64,000 bases of DNA. Source: Takakia lepidozioides. Lineage: Eukaryota > Plantae > Bryophyta. The notes beneath the pieces were generated by a model. It was not told the origin of the DNA. It worked only from the letters and a program-made list of their open reading frames with translations, and ran no database searches. The position numbers and the translations under genes are program-made. Shown here piece by piece: positions 39,318-54,048 of this stretch. The stretch spans positions 20,522,001-20,586,000 of the forward strand of contig CM060733.1 of NCBI GenBank assembly GCA_030704615.1, given 5' to 3'. Position 1 is the first letter of the stretch, and each line of letters begins with the position of its first letter.

Positions 39318-39848
39318 CTGGTCTTCTAGTGTGCTATTTGGGGTGAATGACATCTACAAATTGCTCGGCTTATGATTCATTGTCATGTCCTTCTTCCAGG
39401 TGATTAGAAATCCATGTTGGGTAAACACCAGGTCTTTTGCTTGTAAAGCAGGGGTTGGGTTCATTTGCAAGTTTTCTAAGAAAAAAATAAAAAATATTTA
39501 TTTTTTATTTTTTTAATATATTTTTATTTTTCCCCGAATGTGCCATATTAAGGTGTCGTCGACGACACCTTAATTTGGCTGGTCTTATGGTGTGTTATTT
39601 GGGGTGAATGACATCTACAAATTAATCGGACCACATAACTTATGATTCGTTGTCATGTCCCTCTTCCAGGTGACCAGAAATCCATGCTGGTAAACGCAAG
39701 GTCTTTTGCTTGCAAAACAGGGGTTGGGTTCATTTGCAAGTTTTCCAATAAATAAATAAATATATATATATATATTTGTTTTTTTTTCCCTCCTGAATGT
39801 GCCAGATGAAGGTGGCGTGGACGCCAGCTTGATCTGGCTAGTCTTTTG
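39318..39848. repeat. ~260-bp tandem duplication, each unit ending in a 38-bp palindrome
   Basis: gtgctatttggggtgaatgacatctacaaatt... (39331) repeated at ~39592. Palindromes at 39542-39579 and 39801-39838. Confidence 0.85.
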
Positions 39849-40600
39849 GGCTGGAATTAAGCTTCCGCCAAATTAAAATACACTTATTTAAACTCAGCAA
39901 CACATGGATCCCTGCGCACATGCTGATTGGTAAGGATACATGTTGTTGCAGCCATCCATGATTAACTCATCTGGGCAATTTTTCATTCGACATTCATCCA
40001 ATGTTCATCCATTCCCTTTTACGTTTATCACAGATACATTCATCCATCAGTTTTTCATCGCACTTTCGTGCTACATTATCGTCATGGAGCCTGTCTGTCT
40101 TCGGTCCGATGGAGAAGAGATTGCATCGTTGCAATGGAGTTTGTGTCCACGACAATAGGCCCACTTGTTCCCTCGCTTTTAAGGTCCGCATCAAATATAT
40201 GCTCACGGATAAGGGAATCTGCTCACGGGTTCTGCTCACGCCTTTGCTGCCCTCCTGTAGAACCCCTATTAGTCTGCCTTCCGCACAAACATGTCCAGAA
40301 GGACACTATCCCTGCTCCTTCAGCTATCCATTCCTCTGCACAAATCATACATACATCTTTGCCTTGCTACTATCAGCTGACAATGACAGCCTAGATTTGT
40401 TCTAGGAAACACCCAACTCAACTTATCACACTAGTTCCTATGCTCAATTGCATCTGCTACTCTCTGTAATCCAACAGGAATTCACCTTTTTGCCTCGATT
40501 GTCCCTCCATTGACTGGGGTCAGAAAAGTATTCATTCCACAACTTCTCCTCGTCTCTGTTACATGTTTCTACATACTTCCCTATTGTCACATTGGCAGTA

Positions 40601-40846
40601 TCATGTCAAACTCACTCCAAACAGGGTGAAATGTGTTGAAGATTGTGCCTTCATTAGAAGAGTAAACGTGACCCTGTCGGGTATCACCCCTTCCAATATT
40701 ATTTGCTCATAGATCTCCAGAGCCTCCCTACCATACCCATGTTGAGCATATCTTGTGATCATGGTGTTCCAACAGACCACATCTTGTTGAGTTACATTGT
40801 CAAACACTTTGCGCGCTTCTACATTTAGCATACGGGCTGTCTCCAA
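40601..40846 (-). pseudogene. Isolated PLS-class PPR gene fragment
   Basis: ARKVFDNVTQQDVVCWNTMITRYAQHGYGREALEIYEQIILEGVIPDRVTFTLLMKA covers about one S-P-L motif set, with no flanking motifs. Confidence 0.75.
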
Positions 40847-41214
40847 AATGATATATGACCCAATTCTAGTTGTGATGATGTTAGCATGTAACTCTGTGCC
40901 CTTTTCAAGAGCTTGGAGGCTCTCACACGCACGAAGAACCTAGAAAAATACCCTCTTGTTTGGGGTGAGCCCTTGGTGTGCCGAATCGCCTCCTCGGTTC
41001 ACAATGCGCAACGCCCCTACAGGCCATTCAAGAAAGCTTCGGGTCAAGAATGGTTCTGGGTTTTCGGGCAGGCAGGCAGGTCCGACGAAAATTGACGACG
41101 ATGACGTGGTGACAATGACGAGGCACTATGGCACCCTATTCCTGCTCTACGCTAAACTAGCTTCCGACCTTCGGTTGTCGCTAGAATTAAGATATCATAG
41201 ATGAAAATATCAAA

Positions 41215-41320
41215 ATTCATTCCCTTCCTATCATAAGTTCTATCTTATTTTGGATGAAAATCAATAGCCATATTTCATCCAAAATAAGATAGAACTTATG
41301 ATTTGAGGAAGGGAATGAAT
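41215..41320. repeat. Near-perfect foldback hairpin (~45-bp arms, 13-nt loop)
   Basis: attcattcccttcctatcataagttctatcttattttggatgaaa pairs with tttcatccaaaataagatagaacttatgat(ttg)aggaagggaatgaat. Confidence 0.85.
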
Positions 41321-42785
41321 CAGCGTTTTTTTTAGTGGCGAATTTTCGTCAGATTCGACCTCAAAAAATGAAATGGAATATTCTGTCACAAATTCCCTGT
41401 TTTTCTCATGGATGAAATCACCAAATTTCTCCAAATAAAAAATACATTATGGATGAATCTGGCAAATATGGATCATATAAATAGATCAAAGTACAGAGGT
41501 GGATGAAGTTCAGTGGATGAACAGAAAGTACCCCTATTTTTGTAAGACTCTGTAGCCACTCGTGCTGTTTCCCAAATTTCTTAAGAAAAAACATAGCTGC
41601 GGCCCTCTATGAGAAAAGACATCCATACGTGTCCGTTTGGGGCGCCCCTTGTGAACATGGAAGGACGTCCTTTTGGGGGACCCTCTGTTGGGGGCGTCCC
41701 TTACAAAATATTCTATCTAAGTTAAGTGCCTCTTCAATCTTAGGGGCGCTTGGAAGTGCCCATGGAAGCTGCGCTAATAAGTTTGAGAATGGGCCTTCGA
41801 CGCCAAGTGGTCGGCACGAGCCTACAGCGAGGCAGGAGAACGTCTGCATGCAGCAATCAAAGCAAACAACCCCTCCCCCAAGCATGCATGGATCGTCCCA
41901 TTGTGCGGGTGGGCTCCACCAATCTGTAAACACAATCAAAAAATTGCTATTGCTAAACGTCAGGCAAAGGCCCGAGGGGAAGACACAAGTCATCTGCAGG
42001 TAGTAGGAGTGCCATGGGCGTATCAACGGTTCGGGACCACCTGTTGTAGAGTGAGTTGCTGTCAGGGAGGCGACAGAGAGGAATCAAGGAGGTGGCGGGA
42101 GAACAATAGGTGGAGAGCCGTGGCCTGTGACACTTGGATGGTCCAAATTAGTGCAATGAGAGGTGAGGTTTGAGGCTGGAAAAGCACTCAGTTTGGCACA
42201 CTTTGGATCACTACGTGCTTAAATAAGAATCCAAATCTAGGAGAGTTGGTCCACTTTACATGCAGGATTGACCATTTGACACACATTCACTTCCAAGGGC
42301 TTACTGGAGTTCATGCATCCGATCTCTTTTATTTCGCTACTGCACCATAGGATACCTTTTGCTCTTGTGGGCTGAGCTGTTGGGTGAGTTATTGGGTGTA
42401 GTAGTTGGTGTGTGGGGGCCATTTCAAGTGCACATCTCGTGCATATCAGGTCACATGTAGGCTTCATATTAGATAATATTTCAGTGAGTTATGTAGCTCA
42501 GGCATAGCATTTTTGTGCCCTGCCACTTTGATTATATATATCAATTAGCCACTTCGTCCCAAATTCATGCAATTCATACCACAAGCTGTTTGTTCAATTG
42601 CTCATCCAGTCATATAATTTTTCCCCTTACTGCACCAATTGTATGGGCATATCTGCTTAAACGCTCACATTTGGGTATAACTACCTTATAACAAGGGCTC
42701 ATGTCCCTTGAGCCCTGAAGCAAGGGAATCAGCTCATCAAGAATTCAGAATTCAAACACTTGGGGAAGTGCAGGAGGTTTGGAAG

Positions 42786-45660
<2,875 letters not shown>

Positions 45661-47252
45661 ATAGACTTCAGCCCCACAAAATTCTAGAGTACTGGAAAAG
45701 CTGGGCTAAGAACAAAAGAACCAGCTGCTTTTGGAAATACCGGGAGCTTTTCGGTAGTATGTTGACAAAATGTTTTTTATAGGACTTAGCACTAGCACAG
45801 TTCGTTTCAATCCCTGCACTTTTGCAACGTTTCTTTGGCCTTGCCACTTGTGCTGCAAGGTTTTCATGGCAGCTGGTAGAGAACATGTAATATGTTAAGA
45901 GCAGGTACATCTTGACGGTGTAGAATATCACAGGCACTTTTGTCAGAGGTGCAAAATGTTTACAGAACTGTTGTTGGGCAGTGTGTGTGTAAGTATTGAA
46001 AGTAAGCACAAATCTTTCAACTAGTGTATTCCTTTACAGTTTGTTGACAGCTACATTCTCAAATCCAGACGGTGGGTCATGTGGATGCTGCAAAGACATC
46101 CACAAATGATGACTAGGATGGACAAGAATGTAATTATAAGCTTTCAAAATTCAAGATCATACAACCCAATTTCCCCCAGGGATCAGTAATCTGTGGGTTG
46201 GATATGAGCTCAAACTTGTTAGAGTTTCAGGTCCATTGCAATAATCCTCTAACCAGGATGGAGAAAGGATAACACCCCATTCTCAGCAATTTTGGGAGAC
46301 TGAGCATGCTGAGACAGCGAGAAGATCAAGAGGATGCCCAGAACTCTCTAGCAGCCTCCTGATTCTTCTTCTTGTTGCCACAGCCATTTAACTCAATAGC
46401 ATACTTGGGTTTATCTTGCAAGTATGCTAGGGCGGGTTCTGATACTCATCCAAGTCGCCATCACTTGTGTATATTTTCCACACAGCTGAGGATGACTCAC
46501 CCCACTCAGTAGAATTTGCAGGCTGAAGATCAAGAAACTACAATCTGATGGAGGATCCCAAAAGTTGATTTTAACGCTGCAGCTTGGAGACTTCTTTCTA
46601 ATCGTCACAGTATGCAACATGACAGTAGTTTTTATCAATGTTAATCCATAGCGGTTGCTATATTGTTTGGTAAAACTTACCTTATACATATAAGTATGTT
46701 CTTGTGATTAATCTTTTGATGCTTACATATATTAGTCCTCCACAGTTGAGATCCAGATTGGAAAACCCTCTCACATACTTGGGTCTGGTATGGAGATTGC
46801 GGAGTGGCACGAACATTATGCTTCAAGTACCCCAAGTGGGATCTAACTAACAACTGTCATTAGAACCAGAAAGTAAGAGTACCAGAAAAGTTAACAGCTC
46901 TAATCTTGCCCCACCCACAATTGATGGACAACTTTTGAAAAAATAATCTCTTTCAATTCAAAGTAACCATGCCATGCACAAGGCTCATGGGAGGCCAACA
47001 AGGGAAGGGGAAGAAGAAACTTTACAAGTCTTGGGGTCTCTTACAAACTGATGGACCTTCCTCTGACTGAATTTGATGATGGACTGCACTGGAACTTGTC
47101 CTACAAGAAAATAGAAGAAAAGCTTGTCTAGACTTTTGCACCTAAACTAAGAACCCCGCTAACCAAACCAATGCAGCTAGTATATGGGAAGTCAGGTGGA
47201 GAGATTTCCTGAGGGGATGTGCATGTGTGTCGCTTCATGTCGTACATCACAA

Positions 47253-48292
47253 CTACTGGTGGATTTCCGCTCCAGAAGAAAAAGAGATGTCATGGCTCAC
47301 CGCTGTCACTGAATGGACGGTGTCCACACTAAGTCTTGCAATCTCCACCCACTCTGCATCAGTCGTTGCAGAAACTTTGAACTCCCACACACACATGCAG
47401 ATGTTGGCTGGGTTCTGCAAGAAAGAGAAGTCAAGAGTCCCATAAAGCAATAAGCGCCCGCCACTCCCTAGAAGGCCACTATAACTAAGAAGAAAACAAG
47501 GCATCTGTATGGCAACTTTGGTCCACACACCGCTGCCAATGTCACAAGCCATCAACATGTCGTCGTCCAGTCTATCTTGTCCATGCAATAGAGCAAAGAG
47601 GGTAGCCGCATATCACACTTTCTGGATGTTCCTGATTGCCTACTGTGGGCATATTTCCAGTCTCGGTCCAACACTCGTTAATTGAGTCGTAGATGTGTGT
47701 TCTCCAATGACAATTCCTGTCGTCGTCGGTTGATATCACAATGACCTTGTAGGTCTTGGTGCATCTATCCACAGCCAGCTTTACTGTTTGCACGAAATGT
47801 GTTGGGTTGTGAGGTAGGGCAGGCAATCGTCTGGAACTGTTCAAGACAGGATTGTACACAATCCAAAGATGGTAAGTCGTCCTCACGCCCCTGGTCCGTT
47901 ATGCAAAATAAGCCTCAATCTGCAGCACGAACTCTGTACAGTGAATGGACCTTGGGGACTTTGAGGCCGATCTTGTGCCACTGTCGAGTTGTGGGGGCAT
48001 AAAATCTCCAAACATCTGGGCGTAAGTATGTGTCTAAAGACAAGAGGTAGGACTCGGCGTGAAGTGGGAGCTGTTGACAGACTTGTTGGAAACCAGCAGT
48101 AGATGGGAGGGAATTCCACAACTTGCAAACCGACTTAAAGCGAACAAGACTTCGATATGGCAAACAAGCCAACACCACCGTCACTAACTCGAAAGCCACG
48201 GCGTGAAGAACTGGGCCACATTTCCCTAGTGTGTTTAGGGGGCGCCTATTTAGTGGATTTTCCCGCCTGTCAGTGGTAAATACATCTAACAC
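47253..48292 (-). pseudogene. F-box/kelch-like protein pseudogene
   Basis: F-box ELVTVVLACLPYRSLVRFKSVCKLWNSL, then AAD*GL (stop at 47915), VYNPVLNSSRRLP, YKVIV, IYDSINECW and GGRLLL, with frame changes. Confidence 0.8.
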
Positions 48293-49072
48293 TGAACTTT
48301 CAGGTTGCCAAATGGGCGACTAGAAAACATCTGTCCTTGCATTGAATTGGGGCGAAGCCACAGAGATTATGTGGGCGATTCTGTTCGCTGTTGTTGTTTT
48401 TCTATTCCCTGTTTCCCGTGAGCGTGTAAACTTGGGGTCCCTTATCTCACTCTCGTGTCACAATTATGAAGTTGCGTTTTCTCAAGTCCGTGGTGTGTGT
48501 TTGTGAGAGAGAGAGAGAGCTCGGATCGATCTCTTCCGGAGGTTATGCTGATGAGAATCAGTTAGTGAAGTTGCCGAAGGGGATATGGGAAACTTGTAAC
48601 CGATCACAACACAGTAAGTGACATCCACTGCTATGTAGACTTCACTTGATATTTTCTGAAGAAAGTAGCCACACTTGGATTGTTGTTATGTGCTCATCAT
48701 GGTAGAGCCTCCACAGTGTAGAGACGTCCAAAGCCACCTGTGACAGTTGTTATTCTCTTTGGGTGAAGTTTTAATTGTACTTCACTAATAATCGTCTTGT
48801 CACAAACGGATCATACAGACCCCTGCAGTGGACTACAGATCAGAGAACAGATGGAGGAAGAGTAGTGAAGCTGATTGGGTGTTGAACATAAGCCACGGAC
48901 GGCTGTTCATTGGCTTCCCAGAGAGAACACAGATACATATGGGCGCAAGTTAACCAACCGACTGAGTGTGTGCGTGAGAAAGAGAGGGAAATGAAATGAA
49001 ATGGAGTGGAATGGAATGGGAGAGAGAGAGAAAGACAAGTGAATGGCAAGAGACTTATAAGTAATTCAGTGA

Positions 49073-50043
49073 CTAGGCTTGCCCTGCACATGCAAAGGTA
49101 TTGGGATTCCATATCCAGGGCACGAGAAATTGTCGGTGCCGGAAACCGTAAACGTTAAAATGGCCCCTGTCATATTATCTTGCAGAAGATCACCGGGGTA
49201 GCCTGGAAAGGCCTGATTTCCATAAATCCCTTTACATGCTTCTGCGGCCTCGAGAGGTGCTGAGGAATCTCCTTGAAAAAAGGCATTTTCATATGGGTCT
49301 GTTGCTGCTCCAGATATCACATTGGCAATGCTCATAATCATGCCATCCACCCCTACATTCTTGTCCGGAGGGATTAGTGGTTCCCGTGAAATTGTTTGAT
49401 GGACTCGCAAATGGCCAACAGCACAGACCTGGGCATTGGGTGGTCGCATCCCCCACCCAGGCAAAAGGAAGCATCTGACCACCAGTTGCTGCAGATGGAA
49501 AAGTGTCGAATGTTGGCCACAGTAATCACCACAAAACCCCGGCACTTGCACATCTGAAGCCGTGAGAACCAGATACAGAGTGTGCGCACTGCTCCCGAAA
49601 GTGGGCAGAGAATTCATCACTAGGGCCTCAATGCCTGAATGGTTGAGCTGCTTTCCTAAAGAATAGTATCGGTCTCGGATTTCACCGCCCCTCTCCAGGA
49701 TTTGTGCGACTGGGCTCCCATAAAAATCTCTGTAGGCCTTCGTAATTTCCCACCATTTGGAGACTGTAGGAATGCTTGCTGGCGGAGTGTGTTGAGCAGG
49801 GGCCAAAGACCTCAAGAAGCTTCTCACTGTTGAACGTTGCAGGCGTGTGAAGGTCCCATAGAATATAACACATAGCTTTATGGTTCCATTCTCTCCCGAA
49901 AGGACGGGCCCATTGTGGTATGGCAAAATCAAAGGATCTGGGATGACTAGAGTGCTCAATGTTCTTTTTGGAAATGGTTCTGGTAAATCATCGGAAAATT
50001 GTGCATGTGTGTGCTGCGGGGGGCCTGGGCGATGGAAGAGAGG
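49073..50043 (-). pseudogene. EXL: EXORDIUM-like / Phi-1 gene, 3' portion (about three frameshifts), separated from its 5' portion by a 12.2-kb insertion
   Basis: LPYHNGPVL, IFYGTFT, PTVSKWW, LYLVLTASDVQVPGFC, FAWVGDATTQCPGLCCWPF, VGVDGMI, AATDPYENAFFQG, PLEAAEACKGIYG, PGYPG and FNVYG...FLVPWIWNP, distributed over shifting frames. Confidence 0.9.
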
Positions 50044-52454
50044 TAGGGAATTCCAAATAGGCCTTGATGTGAAATGCAGCGCAATTCACTTGATCAGATG
50101 CCAATTCAATTGAATTGCGATGCCAATTCAATTGAACTAACCCTAATTTGCAATTCAATTGAATTGTAATCTATAATTTTTAACGCAGTTTTGTATATAA
50201 TATATATAATATATTATCATGTGTATGTATATGTATATGTATCGTATACACATATACATACGAGAGTATAAGATAAATATACATGTTGGCCCGTCTATTC
50301 CTGCTGCCCGTCCATCCTTTGCTTGTGGTAAGGCCTAAGTCACGACACGAGTCGCGTACCCTAAAGGAGAGATATATACTAGAGAGAGAGCGAGAGGGGA
50401 AAGGGAGAGAGAAATGAAGTGATGAAGGGTTTTTAGGGTAGAGGTGCCCTAAAAGTGAAAGGATCAAATCAGTTGGAGGACGAGAAGTAACGAGAGAAGA
50501 ATGCAACAACAAGTTTAGGGTTGAGCGGTGGTGGAGCGGTGGTGGCGCTATGTATGATGGAAGCCTTCTTGGATCACCAAATGACAAGATCTGCCCATGA
50601 GTAAGCACATTCCCATATTGGCATGAGTTTCCCCAATCATTGATAAAGATATCATTTTAGCTAAAGCTGTAGTTCTTGTGTACGTGCAGGTGACTCATGA
50701 GTTTTGAGGAGAGAACTTTAGGGGTAATAGAGTGGGTTACCAAACGCTCCTCAACACATACACTGAAAGAAAGAGCTTGATCACATGGTTTGTCTTCAAC
50801 CTGCCCACACTGTGTACTGTGGTTTGCTAATACATTTTAGGATAGCCTGCGCATCAACGACCCTGAGAAATTTTTGTGTATCAATCTCTTCTGAGGATGA
50901 GTTTGACTGGTGGGTGTTGCTTACAATCTAAATATGTTAGCATGTTTCATCTGCACCTTGAGACACTAACCAATTTCATACTGCCAAGCCCTTATAGTGC
51001 CAATATATGGCTATGTACATATACCAAACATGATACCACTGTAAGAGTATCAACGTCTAAGAGTTGATATATTAAACTCTCTATCGAACACACAGCCCAA
51101 TTGCAACATGATACCTTTGCAAGGGTATCGAAACAAGATTATTGGAGATAATTCTCGAAATGAACATGTCTTTTGTTTTCTCTGGGGTTGTGTCATGGGG
51201 GCCAGATACTAGTGCCAGGGGAGTACATGATGATGCAGGGGAAGCCATTCATCAATTGTGAGGTTTGAAATTGTTTGTTTCTTTCAGAGCTAGCCATATA
51301 TCTTTTGCCAGTGAATCAGAGGAAGCTGAAGCACTTCTGAGTAAGCCATCTGTCTCCCAAAGGGTCCCCCAAAAAATGAGATGGAGCTAGCCCTGGCATG
51401 CACATCAAACCCATTTAGCTCACAAGCAGTTTAAGGAGGTTTGCATAAACATTTGGCCAAGGTTTGAGGGCTTTGCCTCATTCCAACAACAGTATTTACC
51501 AAAGCACATAACGTGCTTGTAATAACACTCGGGCTGCATGTGGGGTTCATGGGATGCTGAATGGAAGTTGAGGAATTTGAAAGGCTGGAGTGGGAATCGA
51601 GAGCATGAATGCTGGGTTCTGCAATAGTGATGAGATTATGGTTGTAGTGCAACGTTGTAGTGGGTTTGTTATTGGCAGCCCAACACTTGCAAGCCACATG
51701 CCCACTCCTATGAAGGTGTGACTGGTGATCTAGTGACCAGTCACTTAGTCAAACCAGCGATACGCAGGCAGTGGGTAGAGTGGTGGATGAGCAGCACATG
51801 GAGAGAGGTGTGCACATGGAAGATCAATGTCAAGTCCATATCAGCCCCTATGCCAAGTTATATTGCTTCCTCTTGTGGTCAATACCTCTACATTCTTTTG
51901 TACTGGAACCGCAGATTGATTGAAAAGCACATGGATAACGGTCTGCACAGGAAGATCACTACCAAGTCCATATTAGCCCATACGCAAGTGACCACTTGTA
52001 GCAGACCTCTAACCTGCTTCATGACTGGTGATTTTGTTGTTCCTCAGATGTGGGAATCATGCAGAACATAATTCATCAACTAAGTTCTTTAAATCTTCCT
52101 CTTTGTTGTGGGATACTGAGATTGCAAACAACACGAGCAAAATGAAAACACGGGGCTATGAAAAGAAGGAAGCAGATCGGATGGTCGTCCAGGACCATAT
52201 TCAAATTCCAAAAGTTGCAACAAATGGAAAACAACAAAATGTTGGTCAACTTCTCATGTATCCAGGCATTGCCGTGGATTCACTCACTCAATCACTGAGA
52301 TTTAAATTAACTTAAGTCTGCAATATGACTGGTTACTCAAAATTTGGTTCTCAGTGTGAGTAAAATTGATTAAATTGATGCCCCTAAACCGAAACTCCAT
52401 GTCAAATAGATATAAGAGCTGGTTGAAGGCACTGTGTACTGGCCTAAAACCAAC

Positions 52455-52574
52455 CACATAGTCACAAAGGTCTAGATCGGCCACATCCTGAAGCATCGAC
52501 TACCTGTTTCGCAGCTGTTGAATGGCTTCTAGTGGGTTTGGCACAATCACGTCTGGATACTTCTGCTTAAAATC
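52455..52574 (-). pseudogene. Captured exon of inositol-tetrakisphosphate 1-kinase (ITPK) inside unit A
   Basis: After acceptor ttgtag the minus strand reads DFKQKYPDVIVPNPLEAIQQLRNR*SMLQDVADLDLCDY, followed by a GT donor. This matches the plant ITPK motif HP.V.VLDPP.AI.HL.NRQSMLQ.VAD.NL.D. Confidence 0.75.
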
Positions 52575-53996
52575 CTACAAATGCACAAGCACCAGATCAG
52601 CAACATGGCAAAAGAGTAAGTGAATTGGACTCCCAATGTACCCATTTACATGCTTAATCCTAAAGCACTCACTGTATCCACAGCCTCAAAATATGTACAT
52701 AGCCTCGGCCTACAACTTTTATGTTGTATGCACCCATTTAGCAAAGGTTCCTGGGAGCTATACTTGAGGCTAGGAAAACCACCCGGCGCCTACACAGCCT
52801 GCAAACCACATTCCTCTTGGTAGGACAATAGCGACATAGCCTCCCTACAATGGAGTAGTGTAGTCCGTATCTTTGTACCATTATTTGGGCACTTTTCTTA
52901 GGGAACTAGAATGTCAAAAAGAGAGTAAGAAGAAACACACAAACAAGTCTCAGAATTTTCTCCATACTTACAAGGTGAAGGTAGCCAAAAAAGAGGCCCT
53001 GATTCGATTTGTTCTACATTCCTTCCTCTTCATCATCATCATGCTCCTCCTCCTCCTCCTCCTCCTCCCCCTTCCCCTCCCCCTCCCCCTCCTCCTCCTC
53101 CTCCTCCTCCTCATCTGCATCGTCGTCATCTGTTTCTTCCTCCTCTCCCTCATCTCCTCCATCATTGTTTGTCCCTTCTTCATCCTCCGTGTTTGCACAC
53201 AGGGTCCCCTCTGTGGGCATGTAAACACAACGGACAAAGAGGTCCAGCAGAGTACTCATGCCGCCCTTCAAATTCAGTTTTAGCCAGATACTATGCTCGT
53301 ACCTCAAACCCTTGTTGATAATTTCACAATTGTCAAACAAGAAATCACGAACGAACTTCTTTGAGATTGAATTGATGTGGGACTCTATTAGAAGCACTTT
53401 TGGTCATTGCAACCTTCAACGTACCCCTGTTATCAAGTCTCGAGATGGTACCATTAACCATGAAATCCAAGCCTAAGGTAGAGCATGTAGTTTTAAAGGA
53501 CACATCGTCCATCCTGGGATTCACCCCAAAAACTACACATGAAGCCCTAGATTTGGCATAAGTAACCAATTCCCAGGGATCACCCTGAGGAGTGTTGATG
53601 TTGATAGGAGCTAAATTTTTCATTGTTTTCGCAGGCCATAAGTTTAAGCACAGGAACCAACCCGAGCCCAAGTGCCGAGTATGCTAGACAGAGCATACGA
53701 CTGCCCAATTTGGGCGGAGGAGCTGCCCCCAAGCGGTAGGAGTCCGCTTGTTACCATTCAGAGATCACACTCCAGGGAGTTACAGGGAATGGCCCGTGTA
53801 GGCATATTCTAAAGAGGGAAAGGCCCCAAGCTTTCCAACTAAATCCAATGCACTACCTTACCTGAAGCAAAACGCTTAAGGTCGAAACAAACAAGGACAC
53901 GAGGTCAGAAGGCCGGCATTTAGTGACAGAGACATTAATGTACTCCCGTTTCAAGTCCACCCAATGTCAATAGGCTTCCTAGAGGACAGGGAGAAA

Positions 53997-53999
<3 letters not shown>

Positions 54000-54045
<46 letters not shown>
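54000..54045. repeat. (GA)n microsatellite in unit A (counterpart at ~60979-61020 in unit B)
   Basis: ga dinucleotide run followed by aaatg repeats. Confidence 0.9.

Positions 54046-54048
<3 letters not shown>

Noticed and set aside
24204-39331. CACTAG...CTAGTG pair as a CACTA element, or (TA)n...CTAG as a Helitron
   Set aside because: Only 6 bp match and there is no 3-bp TSD. The ctggtcttctagtg is also part of the 260-bp tandem unit that continues to the right.
50180-50608. 142-aa ORFs (also 55236-55664, 54689-54916, 61664-61894)
   Set aside because: They overlap the AT-repeat-rich TIRs, so their recurrence reflects TIR duplication rather than coding.
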